From: Takakia lepidozioides
Lineage: Eukaryota > Plantae > Bryophyta
DNA: 64,000 nt
Direction: 5' to 3'
Assembly: GCA_030704615.1 (NCBI GenBank)
Contig: CM060733.1
Location: 14,942,001 to 15,006,000 of the forward strand
Shown: positions 36,507 to 49,600 of the stretch, piece by piece
How the letters are laid out: each line of letters opens with the position of its first letter
Numbering within the stretch: position 1 is the stretch's first letter
Program-made: the position numbers and the translations under genes
Notes under the pieces: model-generated
The model's input: the letters and a program-made list of their open reading frames with translations, nothing else
Databases searched by the model: none
What the model was told of the DNA's origin: nothing

Positions 36507-39500
36507 GCTCAGTGTTAATTATGAATTCAGGGGCTTCCCTGTAGAATTTTTCATAAAGAGCTTTCATGCAACAAAGTGTGGAGGGGGAACTGAAAATGTG
36601 AAGGACACAACTGCTGAGAGTGCATGTTATTTGAGCTTCCACTATCACTAGGGTAAAACACCCTCTGACCGTTATAGTACCTATGACCGATCACCTCATA
36701 ACTGCTCGGGTCAGGCCGCATGAGCTACCATTACTGGGCCCAAGACTCCTCATTTTTGCCACTTGGCAAACAGTTGTTGATAGAAACCCCCCAAAAATGT
36801 GATTGGTCATAGGGCCCAAGGTTCACACAAGCTTTCTGATTGGTTCAACTTTGAAACCCCACAACTTTGTGTGGACTTCATGAAATCACGCACTTCCAAG
36901 TGTGTTGGGATGCCCTGGATGTGGGGCATCTTATCAATTTTATCCGGGGAAAAAATGACAAAAATTCACAGTTAGATCTTCCGCCATCGTTAGATGAACG
37001 GTCATAGGCATGTCTACCCTACTATTTGGCACATCTATTGTCAAAAGGTATCGATGATTAGAGAGGTCATTGCACTGATTCTTTGTTGTAGAACTTTCAT
37101 CCGACCGTCTCAGTGTGAGCGGCGGTGTGGTATGCCATGTCGCCTGCGCAACTCCAAGTGGGCAGTATTACACTAAACTTGGCCAGCAGATCAATTCTAA
37201 GTGAGATTGAGAACGTTGTCAGATTTTATCAAATAACTGAAAGGGTCGACAACGGAAAGAGCAGGGCTGGTGTGGGTGTGCATGGCCTACAAATCAGCCA
37301 GATTGTTCTCTCTGGACTTTTATCTGTTGTCTCAACCGTCAACATTTGATTGAGAGAAATGTTTTGGACATTGGACCTCAGTCACCTTAGCTGCAGCTGG
37401 AGAAGTTTCAATTTGGAATCTTCGTGCTATCAATTAGGGTTTATCAGACACTCAGTGGGGGAAAGAGAAACAAATGGCAAGAGAGGGAAATGTACTCATT
37501 TGAAACATAGCTAATGACCATGCACACCGTGCAATTTGTAGGAGGGAGCATAACGTCTGTGGAGGAGGGAGAGAGGTAGAGACAGACTATGTCAAAGCCA
37601 GAATTGACGATTTACTGAATTGCATGTGTCAAAATTGTGAGAAGTGACAAGTCAACAGTTTACAATGGGACTGGGGAATGTTAAATTTCTGTGGTTTGGC
37701 TGGTATCATAAGGTGATAATCTTTAGCAGTCGGGTGACAAATTCAATAGGCAGTTCTCAGAACTGTCTCACAGAAGGCCTCACTTCTGTGGATTGAGGTG
37801 TATGCAACTGCTTTCAAGCATTAAGGTGAGACAATAAGACAGATTTTATATGCGTGAATTCGAAGGGATCAAATGCTTAAGCTGATGTAGGAGGGATTTG
37901 AACAGGTTTGCATCATCATCATTAGTGATGAATTATCTTTTGGGCATCCAAGGCACAGAGCTTGTCTCCTTCATGGATGGGGTTGGAGCTCTGGACAAGG
38001 TCCGCAGTGGTGCGCGTGCGGCTCTCTCAGATGAGACTCTGCGATGGACCTTTGTTGCAGCAGCAATGTAAGGTTCTTGTCTTCAGACACATGGTCCAAT
38101 GAGGTTTCATTCTGATAGAGAGAGCTGTTCTCACTTTGCTTTTGATTGATGAAGTGAAGACCTTGCTGGTTGGGCCTCAGTGGATAAGGATACAGGGATG
38201 TGTGTTGGGGAAAAAAGGAAGGAAGTTGTTCAGAGGAAGCCCAAAGACCTGATGTGACATGAATTCGTAACATACAAGAAATAATTGCATATAAAATTGC
38301 TTCTGAGAGTGACAGACAAGGAGGTGGAGTGGTGGGTGCGTGTGGTTAGAGAAGACTACTGTGATCCCCTCCGTTTCCTAAGCTCTCTTCAATCTGGAAC
38401 AAAATGTATCTCCTATCGGTTCTGTATTGATGTTTGAAGTGCTTTGTTCACCAGTTGGGTTGGGGGTACAGGGTTGTAATGTTGGTGAGAGGATCGAGCG
38501 TGCGCAAAGAATTGTAGTGCCCCTAGTTGCCTTGGAACTTCCCCAAGATATTCTTTCGTACATGAGGTCAGTTGGGCATGTGGCTCAAGAGTTTCATTTT
38601 CCCATTGACATCTTCTTTCACAAATTTGATCCTGTTGCCCTGTCCTATCTTTGGTCATGGAACATATGGAATCCCTTTCTCTGTAGTACGTGCACATGCG
38701 GAGGAGAGAGAAGTGGTGGTGGGGAGAGCCATGAAAAGACGAAATGAATGATAAATCTCATAATGATGGGATGAGCATTGGAGAGATATACAGAGAAATG
38801 ACATGGTACTTATAATGTGAGAGAAAGAAAGAAACTCAAATTCTTTGGAGTGAGATAAAGGGACTCGTCGGTTTCTCGAGTCCTGTCACTTGAGAAGAGT
38901 GCTGAAGTCATCAGTGCTATTTGAAGAAATCTTTCAGTCTATATATATCATGTGGGCATGTCTTTGCAGAGGCGAGTATGGTTTGCGCCTTTTTATCTCT
39001 CTCTCTCTCTGTGCTTTATGGAATAGCAGAATTAAGGCCGACATGTGGGTGGTGGCAGGGGAGCTGGAGCTACCTTTGACTTTGCTTCTGCTAGTCATCA
39101 CAGCGCCTTTGCAGGTCATGAGGATAAGGCAAGCACTCTGAGCTGCGACATTTTTCTTTTATGTCTGCTCTTAAATTCTGGTACAACCATGCAACAATTC
39201 AGGGCAGGTTTTTTGGTGCTAGTTTGTTAGTGACTGTGTCTCCACCTTTTCATGGACATTATGAAGTTTCTATTGTTCTGTCTCTTCTCTCCCTGCAAGT
39301 GAAGGTCTCCTCTCTGGGAGTTCTCAAGACTAGGGTGAACTCTCATTTGCTGTTCTTAAGTTCTTTCATCAGTCGGTTGATCACAATTTGGAGATTGTTT
39401 CTAATATTCATGAGGAATGCATCAGAGGAACGCCTGCTGCATCGGTGGTGTCCTTGGCACTGGCCAGCATTCTGGCATACCAGCAATTTTCGCGGTCGGG

Positions 39501-39623
39501 GAGTATATCAGATTCTTTTAAACAAGGAGCTATCCTGACAACCATCGCCATTCTCATGCTTCTTGGTATCCCCATTTACTTCTTCATGCGTGGGTTGTAA
39601 GTTCTTTGTCAGTATGGTTGGTC
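36507..39623 (+). pseudogene. COR413 copy 2 (pseudogene), inverted duplicate of copy 3
   Basis: Near-identical reverse complement of ~42010-44886. Lacks exon 1. 1-bp deletion in exon 3 (AAAGAATTGTAG vs AAAGAATTTGTAG) and deletions removing most of exon 4 and its donor. Exon 2 37906-38067; stop at 39600. Confidence 0.92.
36651..37019. mobile_element. 369-bp MITE with TA target duplication in COR413 copy 2 intron 1
   Basis: Imperfect TIR GGGTAAAACACCCTCTGACCGTT / AACGGTCATAGGCATGTCTACCC; TA at 36649-36650 and 37020-37021; absent from the paralogous site in copy 3. Confidence 0.9.
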
Positions 39624-42032
39624 AATATGGTAAGTTCTTTGTCAATATGGTTGGTCAATATGTAAGTTCTTTGTCAATATGGTTCTTTGTCAATATGCCG
39701 AGAGTCACTTTTGCAAGGCTACTCAAGTTTAGATTGAACAGAGTTGCAAGGTTGCAAACATTCAGCTGTGATTGATCAGACAGTAGTCATGTAGGACAGT
39801 GAAATGGCAACTGCCTTCTAATAACATATTAATTCTGTTAGCAGTAAACGTGTTCAGTGTGTGACAGATGTAGGAGCTTAAATTGCTGGAGCCCTCTGGT
39901 CGCAGACCCATCCTGGAAAGAACAGAACAAAACAGGAGAAGATAAAGACTCCAGGAGATAAGAAATTTTGATGTTTCTTCAGGGAGAGAGTATTTTGATG
40001 AAATCCAACCAGCGGCCTATCCATTTAAGAACCATCAATTCCTAGATCCCATGTGTGATGGCAAGAAGTAGATGTACTTATAGTGATGATGCTATGAAGG
40101 CACAGGATGCAGTGTAACATATAGAAAACATACCAAGCGGTGCTGACCGAGTACATCACAGCAGGTTGGAAGACCCTCCAGCAAGAAACCTAATGATGCC
40201 TGGCGTCCACTCGACTCAACAAACATAATGCTGAAGCTTGAGATGGCAAGCACTCCCAGCCCAGGCTTCAATCCTGTCTCAGCTACTGTCTTCTCTGGAA
40301 GAGCCATACTAAGCGAGTCCAGAGAGCACGAAAAGGCCCAGGGAAGCAACAGTGTTGTCGAAGGGTGCAAATTCCTATCAAGGAAACATCATGGAGAGGC
40401 TTACATTTCTCATGACCCCAAGCACTACCTCCCTACTTATATACCTGATACCTTGACAAGTTTGATCTCACTATGGGGCTCTCAGGGTCATGCAATGCTG
40501 GGTGATCAACAGTGCCCTTTACATAAAATGTCCCCATACAATGTCCCTAGCATACTTTGCAGAATCTTGTATCCTTAATTTTAAAATTTGGTACTAACTT
40601 GATTGAAGGACTGCCAACAACTGCACAAGTAAATTATGGTACAAATTTGGTCACTGCTCAAGGAGAAGGGTCCCAAACCGTTAAAGTCTTTCCTAGAGAC
40701 AAGGAAAAGGAGAATCCCCAATCTTGTTAGCATTGGGAGTTCGAGGACCAACCAGGTTTGTGATTCCCTAGAATATTCTGGGTTGAAAACTACAACACAT
40801 ATCGTGTGAAATGATCTATGCTCATGTTGGTAGAATACCTATGGGCAGCTGGTGTCCCAATGGAAGTTTGTATGTGCGTGGGTTGTTACCAGGGTCTACC
40901 ATGGGAGAGGATGATAATTTATATATTCATACTGGTTGAATTGTATGCAAGGCTGATGCAGGTCAAGCGCACCATGTGTTGCAGTTGCAGTGTTTCGCTT
41001 TGGACTTGCCATCCAACCAGCTTCAATCTGGCCCTTGGGATATTAGGTGTGCTCAGTTTAAGATAATCAACATGGTAGAAGTCATACAATATGGAATACA
41101 TGTAGTTATAGTCTGTGAGCGTCTGTAGCTAAAGTTACACCAATTCCTCTTCCACAACAGCTATGGCTTCTAAGGAAATAACCAGCTTTGTATTCCCTGT
41201 GTAACTGCCATGATGGGTACATTTATCCCGTTGGAAGCATAACCTGAACGACATGTCATAGCCTGGGAGCAGTCAAAAATTATCCTACATCTTCAGTAAG
41301 GGCCAATCCAATCTACAATCAATACTGGAACAAACTGTTGATGTCCTGCAGTGTATAAAAATACATAACTTAATTCTCAAATTCACAACTGAGTAAGAGA
41401 GTGAGCAAAGACCCTAATAAAGTAAAAGGTAATAGCACTTTCAAGTGCATATCCAACTAACTCAGGACACCGATGCTGTTGGCTAAGGCGAACAGAAATT
41501 ACTTACCCTCCTTGACTGTGCTGGTGCTTGTCTGTGGCCATGTAACGCTGGTGACCACAGTGCTCTCTTGCAATAGCACGAAGTGGAGACAAAATCTGGG
41601 TATGAGAGACGGCCTTGGTTTTGGTACTGCACACACTCGAATGCTGTCCATCTGGCCCTTGCTGACTGGATTGAGCAGTACCCATTCCAGAGAAAGTACT
41701 TCCAGCAATCCCTCAAACATGAGGTTCCAAACCATCAATCACTTTCCCTCCCTTCCTATTGCTGGTGCCATGAGGTATACAAGATAATAGTCCATTGCTC
41801 ATAACCTCCATACAGGAAGCGAAATAAACTGACAATCTCAATTTGCAACTGCACAAAATGGCTTTATTGAATAGGTTGGAACTGGAATATAGTGTACAAA
41901 GGTGCACATCCGAACCTAAATCCAAACATCCACAAGCATCATTTGTGCATTAGCACAAACAAAGCCAGGAAGTTTGACAAGGGCAATGTGAAGCAGCCTT
42001 ATGAAAGGAGACCAACCATATTGACAAAGAAC

Positions 42033-45000
42033 TTACAACCCACGCATGAAGAAGTAAATGGGGATACCAAGAAGCATGAGAATGGCGATGGTTGTCAGGA
42101 TAGCTCCTTGTTTAAAAGAATCTGATATACTCCCCGACCGCGAAAATTGCTGGTATGCCAGAATGCTGGCCAGTGCCAAGGACACCACCGATGCAGCAGG
42201 CGTTCCTCTGATGCATTCCTCATGAATATTAGAGACAATCTCCAAATTGTGATGACCGACTGATGAAAGAACTTAAGGACTGCAAATGAGAGTTCACCCT
42301 AGTCTTGAGAACTCCCAGAGAGGAGACCTTCACTTGAAGGGAGAGAAGAGACAGAACGATAGAAACTTCATAATGTCCATGAAAAGCTGGAGACACAATC
42401 ACTAACAAACTAGCACCAAAAAACCTGCCCTGAATTGTTGCATGGTTGTACCAGAATTTAAGAGCAGACAAAAAAGAAAAAAATTGCAGCTCAGAGTGCT
42501 TGCCTTATCCTCATGACCTGCAAAGGCGCTGTGATGACTAGCAGAAGCAAAGTCAAAGGTAGCTCCAGCTCCCCTGCCACCACCCACATGTCGGCCTTAA
42601 TTCTGCTATTCCATAAAGCACAGAGAGAGAGAGAGAGATAAAGGAGGGAGGGTAACTGCCATGCATAATTAGAGAAAATGGACGGGTGGCATGTATACCT
42701 GGAATGTAGTAAAAAAGGCGCACAGCCAGAGCCAAGAATGCAGCCCATAAACCATACTCGCCTCTGCAAAGACATGCCCACATGATATTATAGACAGAAA
42801 GATTTCTTCAAATAGCACTGATGACTTCAGCACTCTTCTCAAGTGACAGGACTCGAGAAACCGACGAGTCCCTTTATCTCACTCCAAAGAATTTGAGTTT
42901 CTTTCTTTCTCTCACATTATAAGTACCATGTCATTTCTCTGTATATCTCTCTAGTGCTCATCCCATCATTATGAGATTTATCATTCATTTCGTCTTTTCA
43001 TGGCTCTCCCCACCACCACTTCTCTCTCCTCCGCATGTGCACGTACTACAGAGAAAGGGATTCCATATGTTCCATGACCAAAGATAGGACAGGGCAACAG
43101 GATCAAATTTGTGAAAGAAGATGTCAATGGAAAATGAAACTCTTGAGCCACATGCCCAACTGACCTCATGTACGAAAGAATATCTTGGGGAAGTTCCAAG
43201 GCAACTAGGGGCACTACAAATTCTTTGCGCACGCTCGATCCTCTCACCAACATTACAACCCTGTACCCCCAACCCAACTGGTGAACAAAGCACTTCAAAC
43301 ATCAATACAGAACCGATAGGAGATACATTTTGTTCCAGATTGAAGAGAGCTTAGGAAACGGAGGGGATCACAGTAGTCTTCTCTAACCACACGCACCCAC
43401 CACTTCACCTCCTTGTCTGTCACTCTCAGAAGCAATTTTATATGCAATTATTTCTTGTATGTTACGAATTCATGTCACATCAGGTCTTTGGGCTTCCTCT
43501 GAACAACTTCCTTCCTTTTTTCCCCAACACACATCCCTGTATCCTTATCCACTGAGGCCCAACCAGCAAGGTCTTCACTTCATCAATCAAAAGCAAAGTG
43601 AGAACAGCTCTCTCTATCAGAATGAAACCTCATTGGACCATGTGTCTGAAGACAAGAACCTTACATTGCTGCTGCAACAAAGGTCCATCGCAGAGTCTCA
43701 TCTGAGAGAGCCGCACGCGCACCACTGCGGACCTTGTCCAGAGCTCCAACCCCATCCATGAAGGAGACAAGCTCTGTGCCTTGGATGCCCAAAAGATGAT
43801 TCATCACTAATGATGATGATGCAAACCTGTTCAAATCCCTCCTACATCAGCTTAAGCATTTGATCCCTTCGAATTCACGCATATAAAATCTGTCTTATTG
43901 TCTCACCTTAATGCTTGAAAGCAGTTGCATACACCTCAATCCACAGAAGTGAGGCCTTCTGTGAGACAGTTCTGAGAACTGCCTATTGAATTTGTCACCC
44001 GACTGCGAAAGATTATCACCTTGTGATACCAGCCAAACCACAGAAATTTAACCTTCCCCAGTCCCTTTTCAAACTGTTGACTTGTCACTTCTCACAATTT
44101 TGACACATGCAATTCAGTAAATCGTCAATTCTGGCTTTGACATAGTCTGTCTCTACCTCTCTCCCTCCTCCACAGACGTTATGCTCCCTCCTACAAATTG
44201 CACAGAGTGCATGGTCATAAGCTATGTTTCAAATGAGTACATTTCCCTCTCTTGCCATTTGTTTCTCTTTCCCCCACTGAGTGTCTGATAAACCCTAATT
44301 GATAGCACGAAGATTCCAAATTGAAACTTCTCCAGCTGCAGCTAAGGTGACTGAGGTCCAATGTCCAAAACATTTCTCTCAATCAAATGTTGACGGTTGA
44401 GACTTCAGCTTCACTTAAAGTCCAGAGAGAACAATCTGGCTGACTTGTAGGCCATGCACACCCACACCAGCCCTGCTCTTTCCGTTGTCGACCCTTTCAG
44501 TTATTTGATAAAATCTGACAACGTTCTCAATCTCACTTAGAATTGATCAGTCAGATGCATTCTACTGGCCAAGTTTAGTGTAATACTGCCCACTTGGAGT
44601 TGCGCAGGCAACATGGCATACCACACCGCCGCTCACACTGAGACGGTCGGATGAAAGTTCTACAACAAAGAATCAGTGCAATGACCTCTCTAATCATCGA
44701 TACCTTTTGAAAATAGATGTGCCAAATAGTAGTGATGGGGAAGCTCAAACAACATGCACTCTCAGCAGTTGTGTCCTTCACATTTTCAGTTCCCCCTCCA
44801 CACTTTGTTGCATGAAAGCTCTTTACGAAAAATTCTACAGGGAAGCCCCTGAATTCATGGAAGGTATTGTTAATTTTCCGCTGAGCTACAGTCATGGGAA
44901 TTCTAAGCGTCCCTCACAAACCGACCACCAAATTTTGGCGAAGTCTCTCCCTGCTGCGTAGCAATACCAGCCTGCTAATTCGAAATCTGTTAAGGCAGGA

Positions 45001-45341
45001 CCTGTCATTAAGCTTACATTCTCCAGAAAGGCCAACACTGGATTCAGATTAGGATAGATGACAGACCGAAGAGACGATGAAGACAGCGACGACTGCAGCG
45101 CCAAGGACTGAGTGGACGCAAGGAGCTTCGGCAATGGCGCCCTTCTATGCACAATGCCACCCTTCAAACACAAAATCTGTGCACTTGACCTTGGAATGGA
45201 GACGGAGAGAGCATCAATGGGCAGCTTTCCACAGGAAACCGGTGAAGTGAGTTGTTGAGCTGAGCAGATCTGGGAACTGGGAGGTGCAAGTGAGAAGGAT
45301 ACTTGGCTGATAGAGGCCGTGGATTTGGCCAGGAAAGCCAT
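42033..45341 (-). CDS. COR413IM: Cold-regulated 413 chloroplast inner-membrane protein (COR413IM/TM family), intact copy 3, 280 aa
   Basis: Exons 45341-45067, 43826-43665, 43260-43165, 42763-42699, 42573-42504 (GC-AG intron) and 42207-42033 total 843 nt in frame. Ser-rich transit peptide, then LRWTFVAAAMVVMLVRGSSVRKEFVVPLVALELP..MRGEYGLWAAFLALAVRLFYYIPGELELPLTLLLLVITAPLQVMRIRG..LAYQQFSRSGS, matching COR413IM motifs GEYGxWAAFLAL and PGELELP. Confidence 0.92.
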
Positions 45342-45559
45342 AGCGCCTTGTCACAAGTACCCGCAATTTGACAGAGATGCGGAGAGAGAACGTAATTGCC
45401 TCACACTCGTGCTTCTCTTTTGCTCGCCTCCATGTCTCTCTCCAGTCTCGAGTCTCGACTCAGGCGAACTGTGTCAGAGAGACAGTCAAAGCGACCGGCA
45501 ACTGTGAATAGCCGGTCTCCGTACTGTCAATCATCAGCTACCGGGTCAACACCAACTAC

Positions 45560-45705
45560 AACCCACCACGTGCCAAACATTTAAGGGGCGATCCAAGAAT
45601 CTGAGTCAGCAAAAAACTTTACCCTACCTTGTTCTGCCACGTGCTCTTGTAGCATTGCAGTATAACTGACACGTCACAGGTCAGTGTTCCCTACTCCCGA
45701 CCATT
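45560..45705 (-). promoter_or_regulatory. ABRE/G-box and DRE-core motifs upstream of COR413 copy 3
   Basis: CACGTG at 45567 and 45638 (GCCACGTG), GACACGT at 45668 and CCGAC at 45697, all 220-360 bp upstream of the ATG. Confidence 0.6.
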
Positions 45706-45977
45706 TTCCCGTGTGCACGCATTACAACAGATGGTGGATGAACGAGAACTAGAGTTTGCAGTTTTGTTCACATTCGGTCCAGAGAAAAAACGAACTGCAG
45801 TGGAACTCTTGGACAAGGACATCTATGGGTCCTATTTCCTGGATCGTGGATAACGCTTCATTCCACTTGAGTGCAAGCCTCTATTCTATTGGAGCCCTCA
45901 TTTCTTCATCTTCCCTCTCTCTTATCATACCTTCTTAACAAAGCAGGGGCTGGGAGAGAGGAACTATATAGATGAGG

Positions 45978-46369
45978 TTCACATACGTTTGGTCAGCTAG
46001 AACTTGCATCCTATTGTGCATGTACATTAACAGTCACACCCCAGCTAATGAAGGTGTGGGTGGAGAAGATTTCTCCAGGCATAACTTCACGCAGTGTGAC
46101 CTTCTTGGTCACAAAACTTCAAATGTATGACAACTTTCTTGGTTGCACACTGCATGCTCAACATGACTAGCTGATCTTAGAGATCCAAACTGTGTGCGAA
46201 GCATTAGTTAAGAACTGAAAGACAGCTTTATTATGATAGAACTTTGGTTGCATGGCAGCACAGACTCGTATTATCCTATTTATTGAAATGTCTTTCATTA
46301 TGGTCTTTGATGTCTTTCTCACGATTATCCTTGAAAAATAGGTCACTTTCCCTCCCTTCCTATTGTTGG
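45978..46369 (+). repeat. Direct duplicate of the TPR/COR413 3' intergenic segment (~19289-19696), continued at 54625-54665 after the chromovirus
   Basis: TTCACATAC(A/G)TTTGGTCAGCTAGAACTTGCATCC...CACTTTCCCTCCCTTCCTATTG is shared. Confidence 0.9.
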
Positions 46370-48139
46370 TATCACGGACATAGCCCAGAGGAACTTACCA
46401 GGAGTAAGTACCAGAAGTTACCACGACTTACCGTGATTTATCATGATCTACCATGATTCATCATTAGTTATCAAGTTACCGGGAGTTTACCAAATTACTA
46501 AGAGTAACTTGGAAACTGCTCATGAAGCTTTCTTTGGAGGAAACTTCTCCATCAAGATACCTCATTTGTTTAAGGAAGCTTCTCCATCAAGAAACCTCTA
46601 TAGGGAAAACTTCTTGTTCATTGTTATAAATATCGTCTTGATTCCTATTTACTCATCATGCATTCGGCCATGCCGACCTTGACTTCTTGTCTACTCTTGT
46701 ACCTCTAGTTTGATCTCTTGTTTGTATTCAGTCATGTTCTTGTCCTTGACAGTTTGACGAGACTAAAATTTGTTCATTAGTTAGTTAAGATGGAAGGCAC
46801 ATTTGCGGAAATGGTCGCCACATTGCAGAGTCTTTAGCTCCAGATGCAAGAACTTCGTGCCTCTACTGCCCAACTACAAGCTGGTCAGTCTCAAGATCTT
46901 GGCAACGCTATCAACAATTTGTAACAACAAATTTCAGAGTTGAAAGAGTCGAACAAATGATCTTCAACCTTACGAGTCTCTACTACAATAAATCCTACTG
47001 CAACGGTTCCTCCAAATCTTAAATAGATTACAAGGGAACCAAAGGTCAGCATGCCCGAGAAATTTGATGGGACGAGATCAAGATTTCGCGGTTTTGTTCA
47101 ACAAGTACGATTGTTCATATGATTACATCCACAATGCTACCCTGATGAAGGTATTCAAGTGGGATTCGTGGGCACCCTTCTATCAGGCACTGCCCTATCT
47201 TGGTTTGCACCGCTATTAGAGAAAAATTCGCATTTTCTACATAATTTTGAAGCATTCATGTCCGAGTTCACTGCAACGTTTGGAGAGAATGATAGAGAAA
47301 GAGGTGCAGAGACAAAGATGTGAAATCTTCGACAATGAGCACATCCTGCTTCCATTTATGCTGCCGAATTTCGACAACTTGCGTGCGACCTCCACTGGAA
47401 TGAGAAGAGCATCATTAATCAGTTTCGATGTGGCATAAAAGATGATGTAAAAGATTTGTTGCTGACAATGCCAAACGTGAGTACACTGAGCGAATTCATC
47501 ACCCAAGTCATTGCATGCGATAATCGTTTGTTTGAAAGACGTCAAGAGAAGCGATCTGGATGGTCGACGATGCGCCATGCCGCTGCTACTACGGCTCCAA
47601 ATACAACGATCCATCAGACATCCGGTAATGATCCTATGCAGATTGATGCTGTCTGATTCAAGCCATTGACGCCACAAGAAAACAAAAGACGGCGCTCAAA
47701 TGGGTTATGCCTTTATTACGGAGAAGATGATCACATAACATTAAATTGCCATAACAAGAGAAGATTCAAAGCTAGGGGCACAACTCAAGTATCAATTGTG
47801 CTGCTGCCGCTGCTGTTTCTAATAGACCATCTACCCACTTGTAGCCGCTGTGCTATTGAAGAAGGTGTCTTCGTTACCAGTGCATGATTTATCAATTATG
47901 CCGCTGCTACGGCAAATTCCAGTTGACCATCTACCCATGCAGGTTTCTTGTAGCTATCCTTCGACACAGGGAATCATAGGTAATCTGGAGCTTGAAATCT
48001 GGCCCTCTTACATGAATCTGGACCCACACTCTATCCCTGCTCCTTCACCTATCCATGTCGCTGCACAAATCATTCATAAATCTTTGTCTTGCGCTAGCAG
48101 CTGACAATGACAGCCTATATTTGTTCTAGGAAACAACCA

Positions 48140-49600
48140 ACTCAACTTATCACACGATCTCGTTCAGCCATAGTGTTGAAGGCTCCCTCCGCATCCTCAA
48201 TGCTCCCACATTTGGCATACATGTCCACGAGGTATTGTTCAGAATCACATATGGTACAATTCCAGCTTTGGTGATGCAACCATGCACCTCTTTGCCATTT
48301 TCCAGGGCTGCTAGGCTTGCACACGCACTTCAAACACACACTAAAATGATGTGGTCGAGCTTCACCTCTTCCCCCATCATTTGCTCATAGGTATCCAAAG
48401 CCTCCATCCCGCACCCCCCTACTATGCATACCCTGCAAGCATCGCACTCCACGACACCACATCTCGTTTAGCCATAGTGTTGAACACTCCCTTGACATTA
48501 GCATATATGTCCAGAATTAAGGGATGTTTAACATGACATCTGGTTATAAAATTCCAGGGCTGCCAGCCTTCATACACTCCTATGATCATGCTGACCCTAC
48601 CAAGTCCCTTGTAAACGACCAAGAGGTCCATGCCCCAATGGTGACATCATCACATTTTAAGCTGGAATTGCTCCAAGAGTCATACTGAACAGTATTCTAT
48701 TTTCCCCCCGCCTCCTTGCCCCCTGCCTTCCCCATCCTGCAACTGAAAGAGGCTCTACAAACTTCAACCAGCTAGGCATAATTTCAGCATATTCAGATAC
48801 CTAAGTCCACTGTCTCAAGCATAAGAGCATCAAGCTGAAAGGCCTGCAAACTGAAAATCAGGTGCATATGCTCACATTATATTAAGTGGATTGAAGGCAT
48901 TAAATGCTTTTCTACACAACACCCTTGTCAACATGTATGTTAAGTGTGGTAGCTCGTGGATGCACTTGTAGTTTCCCACCCCGAGTTTAAATTTCAGTCT
49001 AGTGACGAGGGCAGGTAGGCCATTGAGATAGTCCTTAAGGTCCTTGCCCATGTCACATATTCAAAACAAGTTTAGGGAGGTTTAATGCCTAACTGTATTT
49101 CCATTGGACAGTGTGAGGGCATCAGAGGAGGAGAGAGAGATAGAGAGAGACTCACCGGGAAGGTGGTCATCATGGTACTCCAAGACACCACATCTTGTTC
49201 AGCCATGTTGTTGAACACTCCCTTTGCATCCTTGCTACACCTACATTTGGCATACATATTGTCCACCAGGGGAGTGTTCAAAATGACATCTGGTACATTT
49301 GCAGCTTTGACGATGCAACCATGGACCTTTTGCCCTTTTCCAGGGCTGCCAGGCTTGCACACACATTGCAAACACATACACACGTTATGTGGTCGGGCTT
49401 CAGTATCCCTTCCCTCATAATTTGCTCATAGGTCTCCAAAGCCTCCATCCCACGCCCCTGTTGTGCATACCCTGCAAACATCGCACTCCATGACACCACA
49501 TCTCGTTCAGCCATAGTGTTGAACACTCCCTTTGCATCCTCGATGCACCCACATTTGACATACATGTCCACCAAGGCACATTTGGTAATCTGACAGGTAT
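48140..49600 (-). pseudogene. PLS-type PPR gene fragments inside the chromovirus
   Basis: Repeated LVDMY(A/V)KCG.IEDAKGVFNTMAERDVVSWSAM.AGYAQQG..EAL motifs with frameshifts, at ~48140-48520 and ~49160-49600. Confidence 0.88.
48978..49080 (-). mobile_element. ~100-bp fragment of the same LINE family as 20547-25909
   Basis: GAGTTTAAATTTCAGTCTAGTG...CCCATGTCAC...AAACAAGTT matches ~20995-21090. Confidence 0.75.

Noticed and set aside
39624-41740. Short ORFs in the spacer between the inverted COR413 copies
   Set aside because: No recognisable protein motif or consistent exon structure.
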